From NCBI GenBank assembly GCA_023380615.1, contig JAMCRO010000019.1, positions 1,706-65,705 on the forward strand: DNA of 64,000 nt, given 5' to 3'. The stretch comes from Candidatus Parvarchaeota archaeon. GTDB lineage: Archaea > Nanobdellota > Nanobdellia > Parvarchaeales > Parvarchaeaceae. The notes beneath the pieces were generated by a model. It was not told where the DNA came from. It ran no database searches and saw only the letters and a program-made list of their open reading frames with translations. This document shows, one piece after another, positions 9,579 through 19,700 of the stretch. The translations under genes and the position numbers were made by a program. The stretch's first letter is position 1; each line of letters starts with the position of its first letter.

Positions 9579-10868
9579 TTATTTTTTCTTCCGCATTTCC
9601 GGATTTGTGTACTTATTCCAAAACAGCTTGTACATCTTCAATTTATCCGGTAGTTCATTCAAATATGGAATAAACGGAAACAGCATTAATATGAAAAAGA
9701 TGATTATGGCTATCAATCCGTTTTCAAGGTCATTCCACCATGAAATATTTGCGGTCGCTATTTCAAGTGCATCGTATGGTATCAACCAATATTGTATGGA
9801 CCATGGGGGAGCACCCACCTTTAGCATGCCCCACTGTGCAGTCCTTAAGCCGTAATGCGTTGCTGCAGTTGTCAATGCACCCGTATCATACAAAAATCTT
9901 AATACGTATGTTTCGTCTAATCCGCTGGAACTTTCATTTTGAACCACCAATTGATATTCTCCAGATTCAGCCATTTTAGTCAAACTGGCAGTCGCAACTA
10001 TCAGCGGATTTTGGGAGTTCATTGCATTTGAAATTGAGCCGTTATTGCTGAAGTAATTGTATGCCTGTATGAATTGCTCATTTTGCTGTGAAGGACTTTC
10101 ATTGAAAAACGTGGAAAGCTCATTGCTCTTGTTTTCAAAGCTTACATATGTAGAATACGGAACCGTGAAGTAAACTGCTCTTGTGCTGAATGTATACGGA
10201 TCAATAGTATCAAGATAGGTAGCAGTGCCGGATGAAAAGTTGAATTCCTGCAATAGAGTAGTTGCGACTCCGGAAGGATTCGAATTCGCTGCCTGACTGA
10301 TTGTCAAAGGCGCTATATATGGTGAGCTGAATACAAATGCAAACACCAGTACTATTACGAAAATATAAATCATTCTTCTGTACATTTTTTTATGATCCGC
10401 CTTTACCATTTTATATGGTATGTCATTCCTGTAAGGAGTGCTTAATCCGTCTTTTTTAACAAGAGAATAATGCATAAACATAAATAGAATCAGAAGTATG
10501 GGGATTATAGCCACATGCCAGCCTAAAACCGCTCCCTGATTCAAGGGATTTATCCAGAAGCCCAGACCCAGGCTGTTCCACAGGTCCGCACCCGCTTTGT
10601 CATTCCACTGCGAGAGCAGCCCTCCCTGGATTCCTACACCAAATGCAAATTCCAGTAGAACCAAAAGAAGAAGCACGCTGCCGATCATCCAAACAAGCTT
10701 TTTCTTCCTAAATGCAGACGTTGAAAAATTAACGAAAAGATGTATAAACATCAATGTTATGAATGCTTCTGCTGCCCACAGGTGCAGGCTACGAAAGAAA
10801 GTGCCCATAGCGGTAGTATCCCACCAGAATGGGCCAAAAATCAGCATTATCGTGCCGCTTATTGCCAA
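9579..10868 (-). CDS. cytochrome b N-terminal-domain-like dihaem membrane protein with a Ser/Thr/Asn-rich extracytoplasmic insert
   Basis: Helix B-like RSLHLWAAEAFITLMFIHLF and helix D-like WHVAIIPILLILFMFMHY each have two His 13 residues apart, which is the bis-haem ligand spacing of cytochrome b/b6. WMIGSVLLLLVLLEFAFGVGIQGG matches the W..G......aF.GY.L region. The first codon is TTG, and the in-frame upstream stretch has no ATG. Confidence 0.5.
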   Translation of the reverse strand: MAISGTIMLIFGPFWWDTTAMGTFFRSLHLWAAEAFITLMFIHLFVNFSTSAFRKKKLVWMIGSVLLLLVLLEFAFGVGIQGGLLSQWNDKAGADLWNSLGLGFWINPLNQGAVLGWHVAIIPILLILFMFMHYSLVKKDGLSTPYRNDIPYKMVKADHKKMYRRMIYIFVIVLVFAFVFSSPYIAPLTISQAANSNPSGVATTLLQEFNFSSGTATYLDTIDPYTFSTRAVYFTVPYSTYVSFENKSNELSTFFNESPSQQNEQFIQAYNYFSNNGSISNAMNSQNPLIVATASLTKMAESGEYQLVVQNESSSGLDETYVLRFLYDTGALTTAATHYGLRTAQWGMLKVGAPPWSIQYWLIPYDALEIATANISWWNDLENGLIAIIIFFILMLFPFIPYLNELPDKLKMYKLFWNKYTNPEMRKKK

Positions 10869-10986
10869 TATTACAAATAGCTCTAAAAGGTATATTCCTA
10901 TCGTGAAAAAGAAGCTGTTACGGATAAAATAAACAGTCTAGTTGTCAACTAAATGCAGCTTGACTATCCTATTTTAGAAAGGTATT

Positions 10987-11364
10987 TTATATTTTTATAG
11001 GAGTACTAACCTCAGGGTTATTACTGTTTGGTCCTTTTTTGCATTCTCTGCATTCTTTAACTTCTCCCGAATCGTTGCATTTAATGTTTTTAAACGATTC
11101 AAATGCAGAAATAAGCGATTTACCATTTTCAGTCATGCTGTATTCACTTCTTTTCATGTTATTGTTGTACGATATCTTCTTGGTTATCAACCCTCTCTTT
11201 ACCAAATCATTCAACGCTTTATTAAGCGTTTTTGGGTATATCTTAGGATTTAATGAAAGCAGTTTGTCGAAGTTTATACCCTCGTTTTTTGTTATTTCCT
11301 CCAGTACTGTTGCATCCCACTTTTTTCCAAGCACATTCAAAAGGTCTAAAGTACTGCATGCCAT
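10987..11364 (-). CDS. HxlR-family winged-helix transcriptional regulator
   Basis: The CSTLDLLNVLGKKWDATVLEEI ... RGLITKK ... SEYSMTENGKSL pattern is typical of HxlR/DUF24. A Cys-rich tail (CNDSGEVKECRECKK) follows. Confidence 0.7.
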   Translation of the reverse strand: MACSTLDLLNVLGKKWDATVLEEITKNEGINFDKLLSLNPKIYPKTLNKALNDLVKRGLITKKISYNNNMKRSEYSMTENGKSLISAFESFKNIKCNDSGEVKECRECKKGPNSNNPEVSTPIKI

Positions 11365-11396
11365 ATACGTTATTGATTTTCCGTATTTTAATGTAT

Positions 11397-12290
11397 TTAG
11401 TTTATCTTTTCTTCCTTGAAATTATAGCTGTTTATTTTATCCTCATTCTTTTTATGTTGTTTTGCTATCGGCTCAGTGTAATACTTGCTTTCCAAAGCCG
11501 AAAGGAAATCGATATCCTCCTTATCAAGCTTTACTTCCATAGCCTCAATATCCTCTTTCATGTGTGCAGGGTTACTGGCTTTTGGTATTGGAAATGTATT
11601 GTCCCTGTGCACAAGCCAGCTTAAAGCAATCTGGGCAGGAGTCTTTCCGTATTTATTTGATATTTTACCAATATCTGCAAGCAATTCACTGTTATTGAAT
11701 ATCTTTCCATGGGATAAAGGACTATAAGCTATTACAGCAATGTGATTTTCTTTGCAGTAATCAAACACCCCTGTCTTCTCTATGTCTCTTGTGACTATGC
11801 TGTACTCTACCTGATTAGACGCTATCTCATACTTTGACATGACGGACTGCGCCTCTTTCATCTCATCCAGCGAGAAATTGCTTATCCCTATGTTCTTTAT
11901 CTTTCCTTCCTCTGCTAGTTTTTCCATAGCCTGCATTGTCTCTTTTATTGGAACTGATTTGTTTGGCCAATGCAGCTGGTATAAGTCTAAGTAATTCGTG
12001 CCTATCTTCTTTAAGCTAGCCTCGCATGCCTTTATTACATCCTCATATTTAAAATGCGTGGGCCATACTTTGCTTGCAATGAATAGCTTTTCTCTTTCAT
12101 AACCCTTTATTGCTTCTCCGACAATATCTTCGGTGTTATACATTTCCGCAGTATCTATGAAATTTACCCCGTTGTCTATTGCATATTTTATTGCCTTCAT
12201 GTTATCTTCACGGTTACTGCTAAGCTGCCAAGTGCCAACGCCTATGACAGAAAGTTTATTGTTTGTTTTATTGAATTCCTTTGTTTCCAT
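11397..12290 (-). CDS. aldo/keto reductase
   Basis: LSVIGVGTWQL, IDTAEMY, the LHWP motif and a length of 297 aa are characteristic of the AKR family. Confidence 0.85.
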   Translation of the reverse strand: METKEFNKTNNKLSVIGVGTWQLSSNREDNMKAIKYAIDNGVNFIDTAEMYNTEDIVGEAIKGYEREKLFIASKVWPTHFKYEDVIKACEASLKKIGTNYLDLYQLHWPNKSVPIKETMQAMEKLAEEGKIKNIGISNFSLDEMKEAQSVMSKYEIASNQVEYSIVTRDIEKTGVFDYCKENHIAVIAYSPLSHGKIFNNSELLADIGKISNKYGKTPAQIALSWLVHRDNTFPIPKASNPAHMKEDIEAMEVKLDKEDIDFLSALESKYYTEPIAKQHKKNEDKINSYNFKEEKIN

Positions 12291-12310
12291 ATTTATTAAA
12301 GTGGTTGATT

Positions 12311-12562
12311 CTATTTATGGTTTTTTAATCTGAGCTGTATGTGTATATCCCTTGATATTTTTATAGTGGGAACCAGTAATATCTGGAAACTGCCCAAAAT
12401 AAAGAGGTAAACTCCTATAGTACTCAAGCGCCCTGGCAAGAATTCTATGCTGCCTATCAAAAACTCCATTCCTATCATGAAATCATTTATCAAACCTAAA
12501 ACCTTGTAATTTCTCTCTATCTCCTTTTTTATCTTATCTCTATCTTTCTTTAAAGCCATCAA
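12311..12562 (-). CDS. small two-TM membrane protein (possibly translationally coupled to the upstream isochorismatase-like gene)
   Basis: Its start ATG overlaps the stop of 12559..13158 (ATGA). The product is hydrophobic, with a K/R-rich N-terminus. Confidence 0.3.
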   Translation of the reverse strand: MMALKKDRDKIKKEIERNYKVLGLINDFMIGMEFLIGSIEFLPGRLSTIGVYLFILGSFQILLVPTIKISRDIHIQLRLKNHK

Positions 12563-13158
12563 AGCGCCTTTATTATCTCTTCAGTCGATAGAACATCAAA
12601 AAGCTTTTTCATGTTTTGTATGGATCTTTCATGAGCTTCTTTGTCACTAGATGAAGATGCATTAGAATCTACAACTACATAAAAGCCCCTGTTTGCTGCA
12701 TCTCTAGCCGTAGATTCAACCCCTATTTCGGTCGCTATTCCTGCTATTATCAACGTTTCAATGCCGGCATTTCTGCACATAAGCTCGAAATTTGTGCCTA
12801 TGAATATGCTTGCAGTGTTTTTGTTTATGACTATTTCGCCGTCTTTTGGCTCAATAGCTAGGTCAAACATTTCCTTTGGTAGTTGTGACAGGTTGAACTT
12901 CATTTTACTCGAAGAGTACTTTCTCGCAGGAGATTCAAATTCCTTTGGTAATGGAGTAATCTTTGTAAAGAATATTGGCATTCCTTTAGTTCTTGCGCTT
13001 TCTATAAGCCCATTAATGTTTTTAAGAAATTCTTCCCTGTTGAATATGTTTTTTACGAGCATTTTCTGTACATCCCAAACTATAAGTGCAGTATGTTCTG
13101 GATTTACTATTTCCCTGATTTCGGTATAAACTTTCCTTTCCATCTTTAAAAATAGCAT
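12559..13158 (-). CDS. isochorismatase-family cysteine hydrolase
   Basis: ALIVWDVQ ... IAGIATEIGVESTARDAANRGFYV matches the isochorismatase-like catalytic D-K-C region. Confidence 0.8.
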   Translation of the reverse strand: MLFLKMERKVYTEIREIVNPEHTALIVWDVQKMLVKNIFNREEFLKNINGLIESARTKGMPIFFTKITPLPKEFESPARKYSSSKMKFNLSQLPKEMFDLAIEPKDGEIVINKNTASIFIGTNFELMCRNAGIETLIIAGIATEIGVESTARDAANRGFYVVVDSNASSSSDKEAHERSIQNMKKLFDVLSTEEIIKAL

Positions 13159-13202
13159 TTTGTTAATTATAAACTTTTATCAAAAAAGAAATAAAAAACA
13201 AG

Positions 13203-13599
13203 AAACAAAATTCACTCAATCTTTATGTCATTGTCTTCTAGGAGCTGCTTAAGAAGAAAGGTGTAGGTTAGTACTCCATTCTTGAAGCTTGCCTTACTTC
13301 CTTCCTTTTGCACAGGCGCAGGCAAAGCAATCTCTGTAGTAACCTGCTGAGTTTCTTTCCACTCTTTGCGTATTTGCCCTTATTACAAGCAAGTCTTACT
13401 CTATCTTCGGTTTTATGTCTTCCTTGCCCACACCTGGCAGGTCTGCAATTACTTTAACCCTATTGTTTTCATCTAATATGTCAACCCCCTTGTAATTGAA
13501 ATTAAACCCAAAGCCTGAAATAAACCTGTCAAGCTGCTGGAAATGGTTTAAATCAATTGGTTCTGTAGGTTGCAAGTCTTTTATCCTCATATGCACCAC
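13203..13599 (-). pseudogene. Hsp20/alpha-crystallin small heat-shock protein gene disrupted by an in-frame TAA and a downstream deletion/frameshift
   Basis: The listed ORF 13396..13599 ends ...VIADLPGVGKEDIKPKIE-TAA. It continues in frame as DLLVIRANTQRVERNSAGYYR (the typical LxI.aer....gyyrrE motif). A different frame then gives EIALPAPVQKEGSKASFKNGVLTYTF, which matches the LP..vd.dkikAsykNGVLtitlPK C-terminus. About 10 residues (ERSFGSFSRSF) are missing in between. Confidence 0.55.
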
Positions 13600-13629
13600 C
13601 TCCTTTTTATTGGATTAAAAATTTAAGGC

Positions 13630-13643
13630 GGCCGTAACCGGCC
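13630..13643. other. GC-rich hairpin GGCCG-TAAC-CGGCC in an AT-rich intergenic region
   Basis: It has a perfect 5-bp GC stem and a 4-nt loop. It lies between the stop of a small SD-led ORF and the Hsp20 pseudogene start on the minus strand. Confidence 0.3.
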
Positions 13644-13649
13644 AATAAG

Positions 13650-13712
13650 CTATGTATTAAAACTCTCAAAGGAAACCAAAATTCTCGTTATAAAATCTTT
13701 TACGGAAGCCAT
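13650..13712 (-). CDS. 20-aa small ORF (MASVKDFITRILVSFESFNT) with a near-consensus Shine-Dalgarno
   Basis: On the minus strand, TAAGGAGGTGA-GTTGT-ATG gives a consensus SD with a 5-nt spacer. The stop TAG is at 13650-13652. The GC hairpin follows. Confidence 0.25.
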   Translation of the reverse strand: MASVKDFITRILVSFESFNT

Positions 13713-13786
13713 ACAACTCACCTCCTTAGATTTTATACACTACAATAATTATTATGTACTAACTAACTTATAAATTTTTCTATTTA

Positions 13787-16700
13787 CTAATGTTTATTTC
13801 GATAGCGTTTCTTATTTACTGCGCCTTTTCTTTTCTTTTTTACCTGTATTCCTCTTGTTTTTATCTTTCTTCTTTTTGAGTAAAACAGCATAATAAAGAT
13901 CAAAGCGACGATTAAAACCACAGCTATGATTATTTCACCCTTAAATTCAATAAGAGGCGTGTAAAAAGCAGGTTTTTGCCTGGCTATGCAAGCCGTTGAA
14001 ACGGAATAGTTAACAGTTACCGGTATGCCTGCTATGCCGAGAAGGGAAGAATTAGAAGGGATGTTAGGTGTGTACATGACATTACAGCTGTAGGTTGCAT
14101 TTGAGGTATGGCTGCTTAGGTTGTAGAATCTTATCTTGAATTGACCATAAGGGACCAATGTTAATATCGGAGAGCCTGAGATGGACTGCAGGGTAACATT
14201 GTTTATTGTTGCATTCCACCTGTAATTGCTGGGCAAGCCGTTTTCATATACATATTCTACGGTTAAACTTGAATTTTCAGCAGATGACAATGATGATCCC
14301 TCTGCTATAACGTACTGCGAAAATCCCGGCGAGACTGCCTTGTAATTTGCATTTGTGCTGTTTGCATTGACCAAAAACGTGGGGATCTCCTGCCAGTTGT
14401 GCTTTGTTTCTGAACACCTATACAGTGAAATATTCTTTATACCGATATTGTTTGCGGATAAAGCGTTTTTATGCAGGGAAAACAAGTAGGTAACCTCTCC
14501 GAAATTGCCTTCATTTGCAGTTACGGAATCATTGAAGCTGTATAAAACTCCAGATAGTGCGTTACCAAAACAACTGGAATTCTTGGTGGAGTATATTGTA
14601 AATACGCTTCCGTTCAAGTTAGATAAAACAGGCATTGAAAGCTCGTTTACAGGAGTTACATTATACGGCAGAGGGATACTCAGATTGTATGAAGGGAACA
14701 GCCTAAACGCCTGGACCTGCTCTTTATAATTCAACCTACTTACATTGAATACAGTATTCAATACAGACTGGTTGAAAAGCTTTGTTTTACTTGTCAGAAG
14801 AGATCTACTTGTTACATTCATTATAGTTAAATTAAAGTTTTCAAAGGCAGAAGAGTAGTTATCGTTTCCCAAGGTTTCAAATACTATACCGTATTTAATC
14901 GGAGCGCTGCTGGAATAATTAATGTTATATCCCTTTCCTTTCAGCTGATTGTTAATGTATAGGTTAGCTGATAGCTGGTTGTTAAAGCTGTAGGCTGTTC
15001 CATATAAATATAAGGGGGTGCCATTGTAATAGAAGCTTTTATCGGGGGTTAAGGCAAGCTTTAAAATAGGCTGGGCTTTTTCTATTTTCAATGCCGTACT
15101 TATTGATATGCCTGAATAGTTCTGATTGCCCGGGGAAAAAAGTTTGATATTATATGAGCCGGCAGACGCATTTGTAGTGTAAGTAACATTAGAGTTGTCA
15201 GTGAATGAGATCGCTGAATTTATATAAAGCTGATAATATAGCTGATTATTTACAGAAGATATGCTTAAATTAACGGGTATACCCGAGCCATCGTAAATTT
15301 GACTTGTATAATAAGGAGAAAGGACAAGTTTGGGTACTGCTTTATCAATCTTTTGGTAGAAGGACACATTGGCTATTCCGCTGCTATTTGTTGTTATTGT
15401 TATCTTATAGAAACCTGCCGCTAGATTCTTGAGGTAATGCAAAGAGCCGTTGCTGCTTGCTGTAAATGTATTGTTTATGTACAGGTTGATTGGCAATGTA
15501 GAAGGAGTTGAGTACGCTGAAACATTCAAGGATTTAGGGTAAGTAGTAGTCAAATTTGATTCAAAACCGTTTAAATAAAGGTATAATTTTCCAAGCTTTA
15601 TCTGCATTGTCTTTTGAATGGAAAACAAAGTGTAATTTTCATTCCCAGAGGTGTTAAGCTTTGCTACGAAAATATTTGGCTGGTATGAAGCATTGTAGGT
15701 TCCATTTATAACAGAGGTATTTTCAAGCGTATTGTTTATGTAGAAGTTGCTTAGTAATTGACTGTTAATAGTAGAAATCTTGAAATGGAATATCAAACTC
15801 GTTTCATTGTTTGAGTAATTTACAGATGGCGTTGTGTATATTGACAATATTGGATGTGCTTTGCTTATATTGACCATTATTTCAGAGGTGTTTATTATCG
15901 TATAGTTTTCATTGCCGTTTGAAATCACTTTGAATAGGTAATCGCCTGCAGATGCATACTTGCCGGATATGTTTGAAAAGTTTACTAAATTGTTTTTAGA
16001 CAGCAGTGAAGTTACATAAACAGAGCTGTTTAGAAGGCTGTAATTTATGATATTGCCATTTATTAAAGATTCATTTAATTTATCAGTTATAACTGGAGCA
16101 ATTCCGTCATAATAAAATGAACCATTCGGATAAACGGTTAAACTCTGGCTTATTGCCTTTTTGCTAATGTTTGCATAGTAAGTTACATTGATGTAATTAC
16201 TGGAGTTAGACAGGTTTTCTTCTACTGTTATCTTGTTTAAACCTCCTGAAATATAGTTAAAGTATGTTGTATTTTCTTTATGGTAAGAAGTAATTGCCTT
16301 GTTGTTTATAAGTATCCTAATACCGTTGCTGCTGTTATCGTTCGCAGTTATGTTTGATTTATTTCCATAAACCCCAGATATATTTCCGATTATGTTATTT
16401 ATAGATAACTTGGGAACATTAATTTCACTTCCAAATTCCACTAAGGGCATAACACCGTTTGGAGGGTAAGTACGAGTGCGAAGCCATTGAATTTTTAGAC
16501 CAGAAGTGCCTCCGCTACCTATCGCAATATAATAATTCCCAGACGGAGCTACATAATTTGTATCTGAATAAACTAGGTTATACCCATCATAACCATACGC
16601 CTCAGAACCTGTAGAAACCACACTTAAAATTCCGGAAGAAGCAGAACCAAATTCACTATCTGATCCAGATTTCACAGTCATAAAATTGTTACTATCCCCT

Positions 16701-19700
16701 AAATTGTCAATTATTCCTGAGTATGCATCACCACTTGAACTACCAACTTGTAACCAGAGGGTATCAATAGTATAAGAATTACTTGAAGTGCTAACGATAT
16801 AGCCAAACCCCATGTTAGCAGTTAGCCCTGTTGGATACATAGCATACCCTTCCAAAATATTATTTACTGGGTAAGTAGAAGTAGTTTCAATTAACTCATC
16901 AGGATTTGCAAAATCTAATCCATTGTTAATTGTTGGCTCTGCATTGTAATATGTCCATCCACTTGGCAGACTTGAACCTGCAAAATTCCAATAGTTATTG
17001 AATACATCAACCCCATTATCGTATTCTCCATAAGTTTTGGAGAGATTAGGGGCTTCACCAACGGTATTGCCATTGAAAAGATTTGTGGAATTAGGCGCAA
17101 TTGCAGCATAAATCGATTTACTTGAACCCGCAGGTATAGAACCTAATTTAATCCAATAAACTAGATCATTGCTTTTGTAATAAAATGCGCCTAAACTAAC
17201 ATAACCGGAACCAGAAAGACTACCTGATAATGTATAATTTCCGGGGTTTAACTGACATTCGGCCGCAAATACAGTTTCATAGTTATCACCCCCGCTTTTG
17301 AAAAATAATTCGCTGCAACCTGGTGGCAAATCAATTGAATTACATGAATAAAAACCACACGATCCAAGTAAAATAGTATCAGTAGAACCTATCGGAACTT
17401 TAAATTTCGAGCTGAATGATGTCACAGAACTATAATTGGTTGCTTGATAACTAATATACTTTTGGTCTAAAGCAATTCCTCCAACAATTATGTCAGAAGC
17501 ACCTGAAGAATCGCTACAAGTTGAAGAATTTTGGATTCCTAAGCTTGCATAATTATCTGCGGAAGTTAAATCTGTCCATGAATGAGAACTTAGTGCTCCA
17601 TTACCATCTCCCCCTGCACACAAGTAATAATCTGCTGACGGTAAATTAGTTGACGCTGATGTAGACCCGGTAGAGAAATTATAACCTGACAAAGATAAAG
17701 TATTATCTGATTCCAGCCAACTTGGTATTACTGTTCCATTTCCATATACAAATTCTAAGTTCTGACTAGTTGCTTGTCCAGAATGATTGATATAAGACCA
17801 TAATAAGTTTGAAGAATTTATATTGACCATTTGCTGAAAAGGTGAAGGAGCAGAAATCGATTGATAATTTGATATAGTTATGGGAAAGAAATACTTTATT
17901 AACGGAAGACTAAATGACAAGTTTCCTAGTATTGAATTGCTTAGGTTTATCTCTTTTTCAGAGTAATTTTCATTTCCTGCTTTGAAAATAAATGTATAGC
18001 TACCAACTTTATTATTTTTGTAGGAAACACTTGATTTAGAGGAGTTTATTGTTAAGTTGTTTAAATATAGGTTACCTAAAAGCTGATTGTTAAAGGAAGA
18101 GATATTACAAGTTAACTTAAAGTAAGATCCGTTATAAAGGAAAACCAAAGGGGAATCACTGCATTCCATACTCGGTTCCGCTTTTGAAATTGTGAAAGTC
18201 TCAATATAAGTAAATGAAGAATAATTTTCATTTCCACTAGACGTTAGCTCTGTAGAATAAGAGCCTGCAGTGGCATTTCTGTAAATACTTGAATCCTGAT
18301 TAAAGGTTGAAAAGGCAACACCTTTTACGTATAAAGTAGCTGACAGCTGGTTGTTTACAGTGCTGATGGTAGCTGAAATATTTGTAGTTTTGCCGTCATA
18401 TGTGAAACTTTGACCGCTAAGGCTATAACTGGGCGCTGCTTTTGAAATGATAACCTCTTTTGCAGTAGAATAAGCAGTATAGTTCTGATTACCAGTGGTG
18501 TTAAAAATCATCTTATATGTACCGGCAGTCGCATTTAAGTAGGATTTATGTGTATTTGTGGTTGCAAAAAACTTTCCGTTTATATAATCGTTAGCAGTCA
18601 ATTGACTGTTTAAAGTTGAGATCAAACCAGTTAAATTGAGCGAATCGCCATTATATGTAAAGTTACCTGTGCTTGATTCTATGGATATGGAAGGAACTGC
18701 CTTGTTTATCTTTTCATAAAAAGAGACGTTTTCTCCCCCGCTTAAATTTGTATTTGCAGTTATTTTGTACAAGCCTGCAGCCAAGTATTTTATGTACTGC
18801 GTTGAATTTTTAGAATAGTTTGTAACTTTTGTATTGTTTATGAAAAGCCTTACATATCCAACGGGCAACTTAGCAGTAAAATTGCTTTCTGTCCCGTATG
18901 TTATAGTAGAATTTGAATTTAATGCCCCATTCAAATAAAGGCTTACAGTATATATTTCCCTAGCCAAACTCAATGAATAAGCAGTGTAATTTTGATTGCC
19001 TGTTGTGTTTAAAACAGCAAGATAAGTATTCGGCAGATCAGAAACGTTATAATCAGAAGCAGTAGAGGTATTTACTTTATTTGTTTTATTGAGGTAAAAT
19101 TTGGCAGTAAGCTGGTTATTCAAAGAATAAATGGAAGAATTAAACCTAAGGTAGGTGCCGTTTTGCGTGTAATTATCACTAGGCAGAGAGTATAGCTGCA
19201 TATTTGGAACAGCTTTGTTTATCTCTTCATAATAAGTGCTATTTTGAACAGACGTGGAGTTGTACTGTGCAGTAACCTTGTACAGACCTGCACTAAAGTA
19301 CTTTAAGTAAGTAGTTGAATTTTTAGAGTAGTTTGTAACTTTTATGTTGTTTATGAAAAGTCTTACAAAAACCGAAGAGTTACGAGATAAAGCAGTGAAA
19401 TTGCTTTCTACTCCATAGATTATAGTAGAATTTGAATTTGCTACTTGATTCAAATTTAGAGTATAATTTATTTTTTGTATTTTACCAATTAATATAGAGG
19501 GCATAATACCTTTTGGAGGATAAGCTCTAGATAAAACCCACGTATAATAGGCATAACCTGTTCCAGTTCCACTTTTAACTCCTGCATATAACCCGACATA
19601 TGATTCAGAGTAAGGTATATTTGTAATTGTAGTTGAACCCATCTCTACATTATTATGATATCCGTATACATCTCCATTTGAAAGCCACCATAAACCAAAT

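Noticed and set aside
9514-9979. Plus-strand ORFs 9514..9855 and 9740..9979
   Set aside because: They overlap the cytochrome b-like gene on the opposite strand and have no recognisable features.
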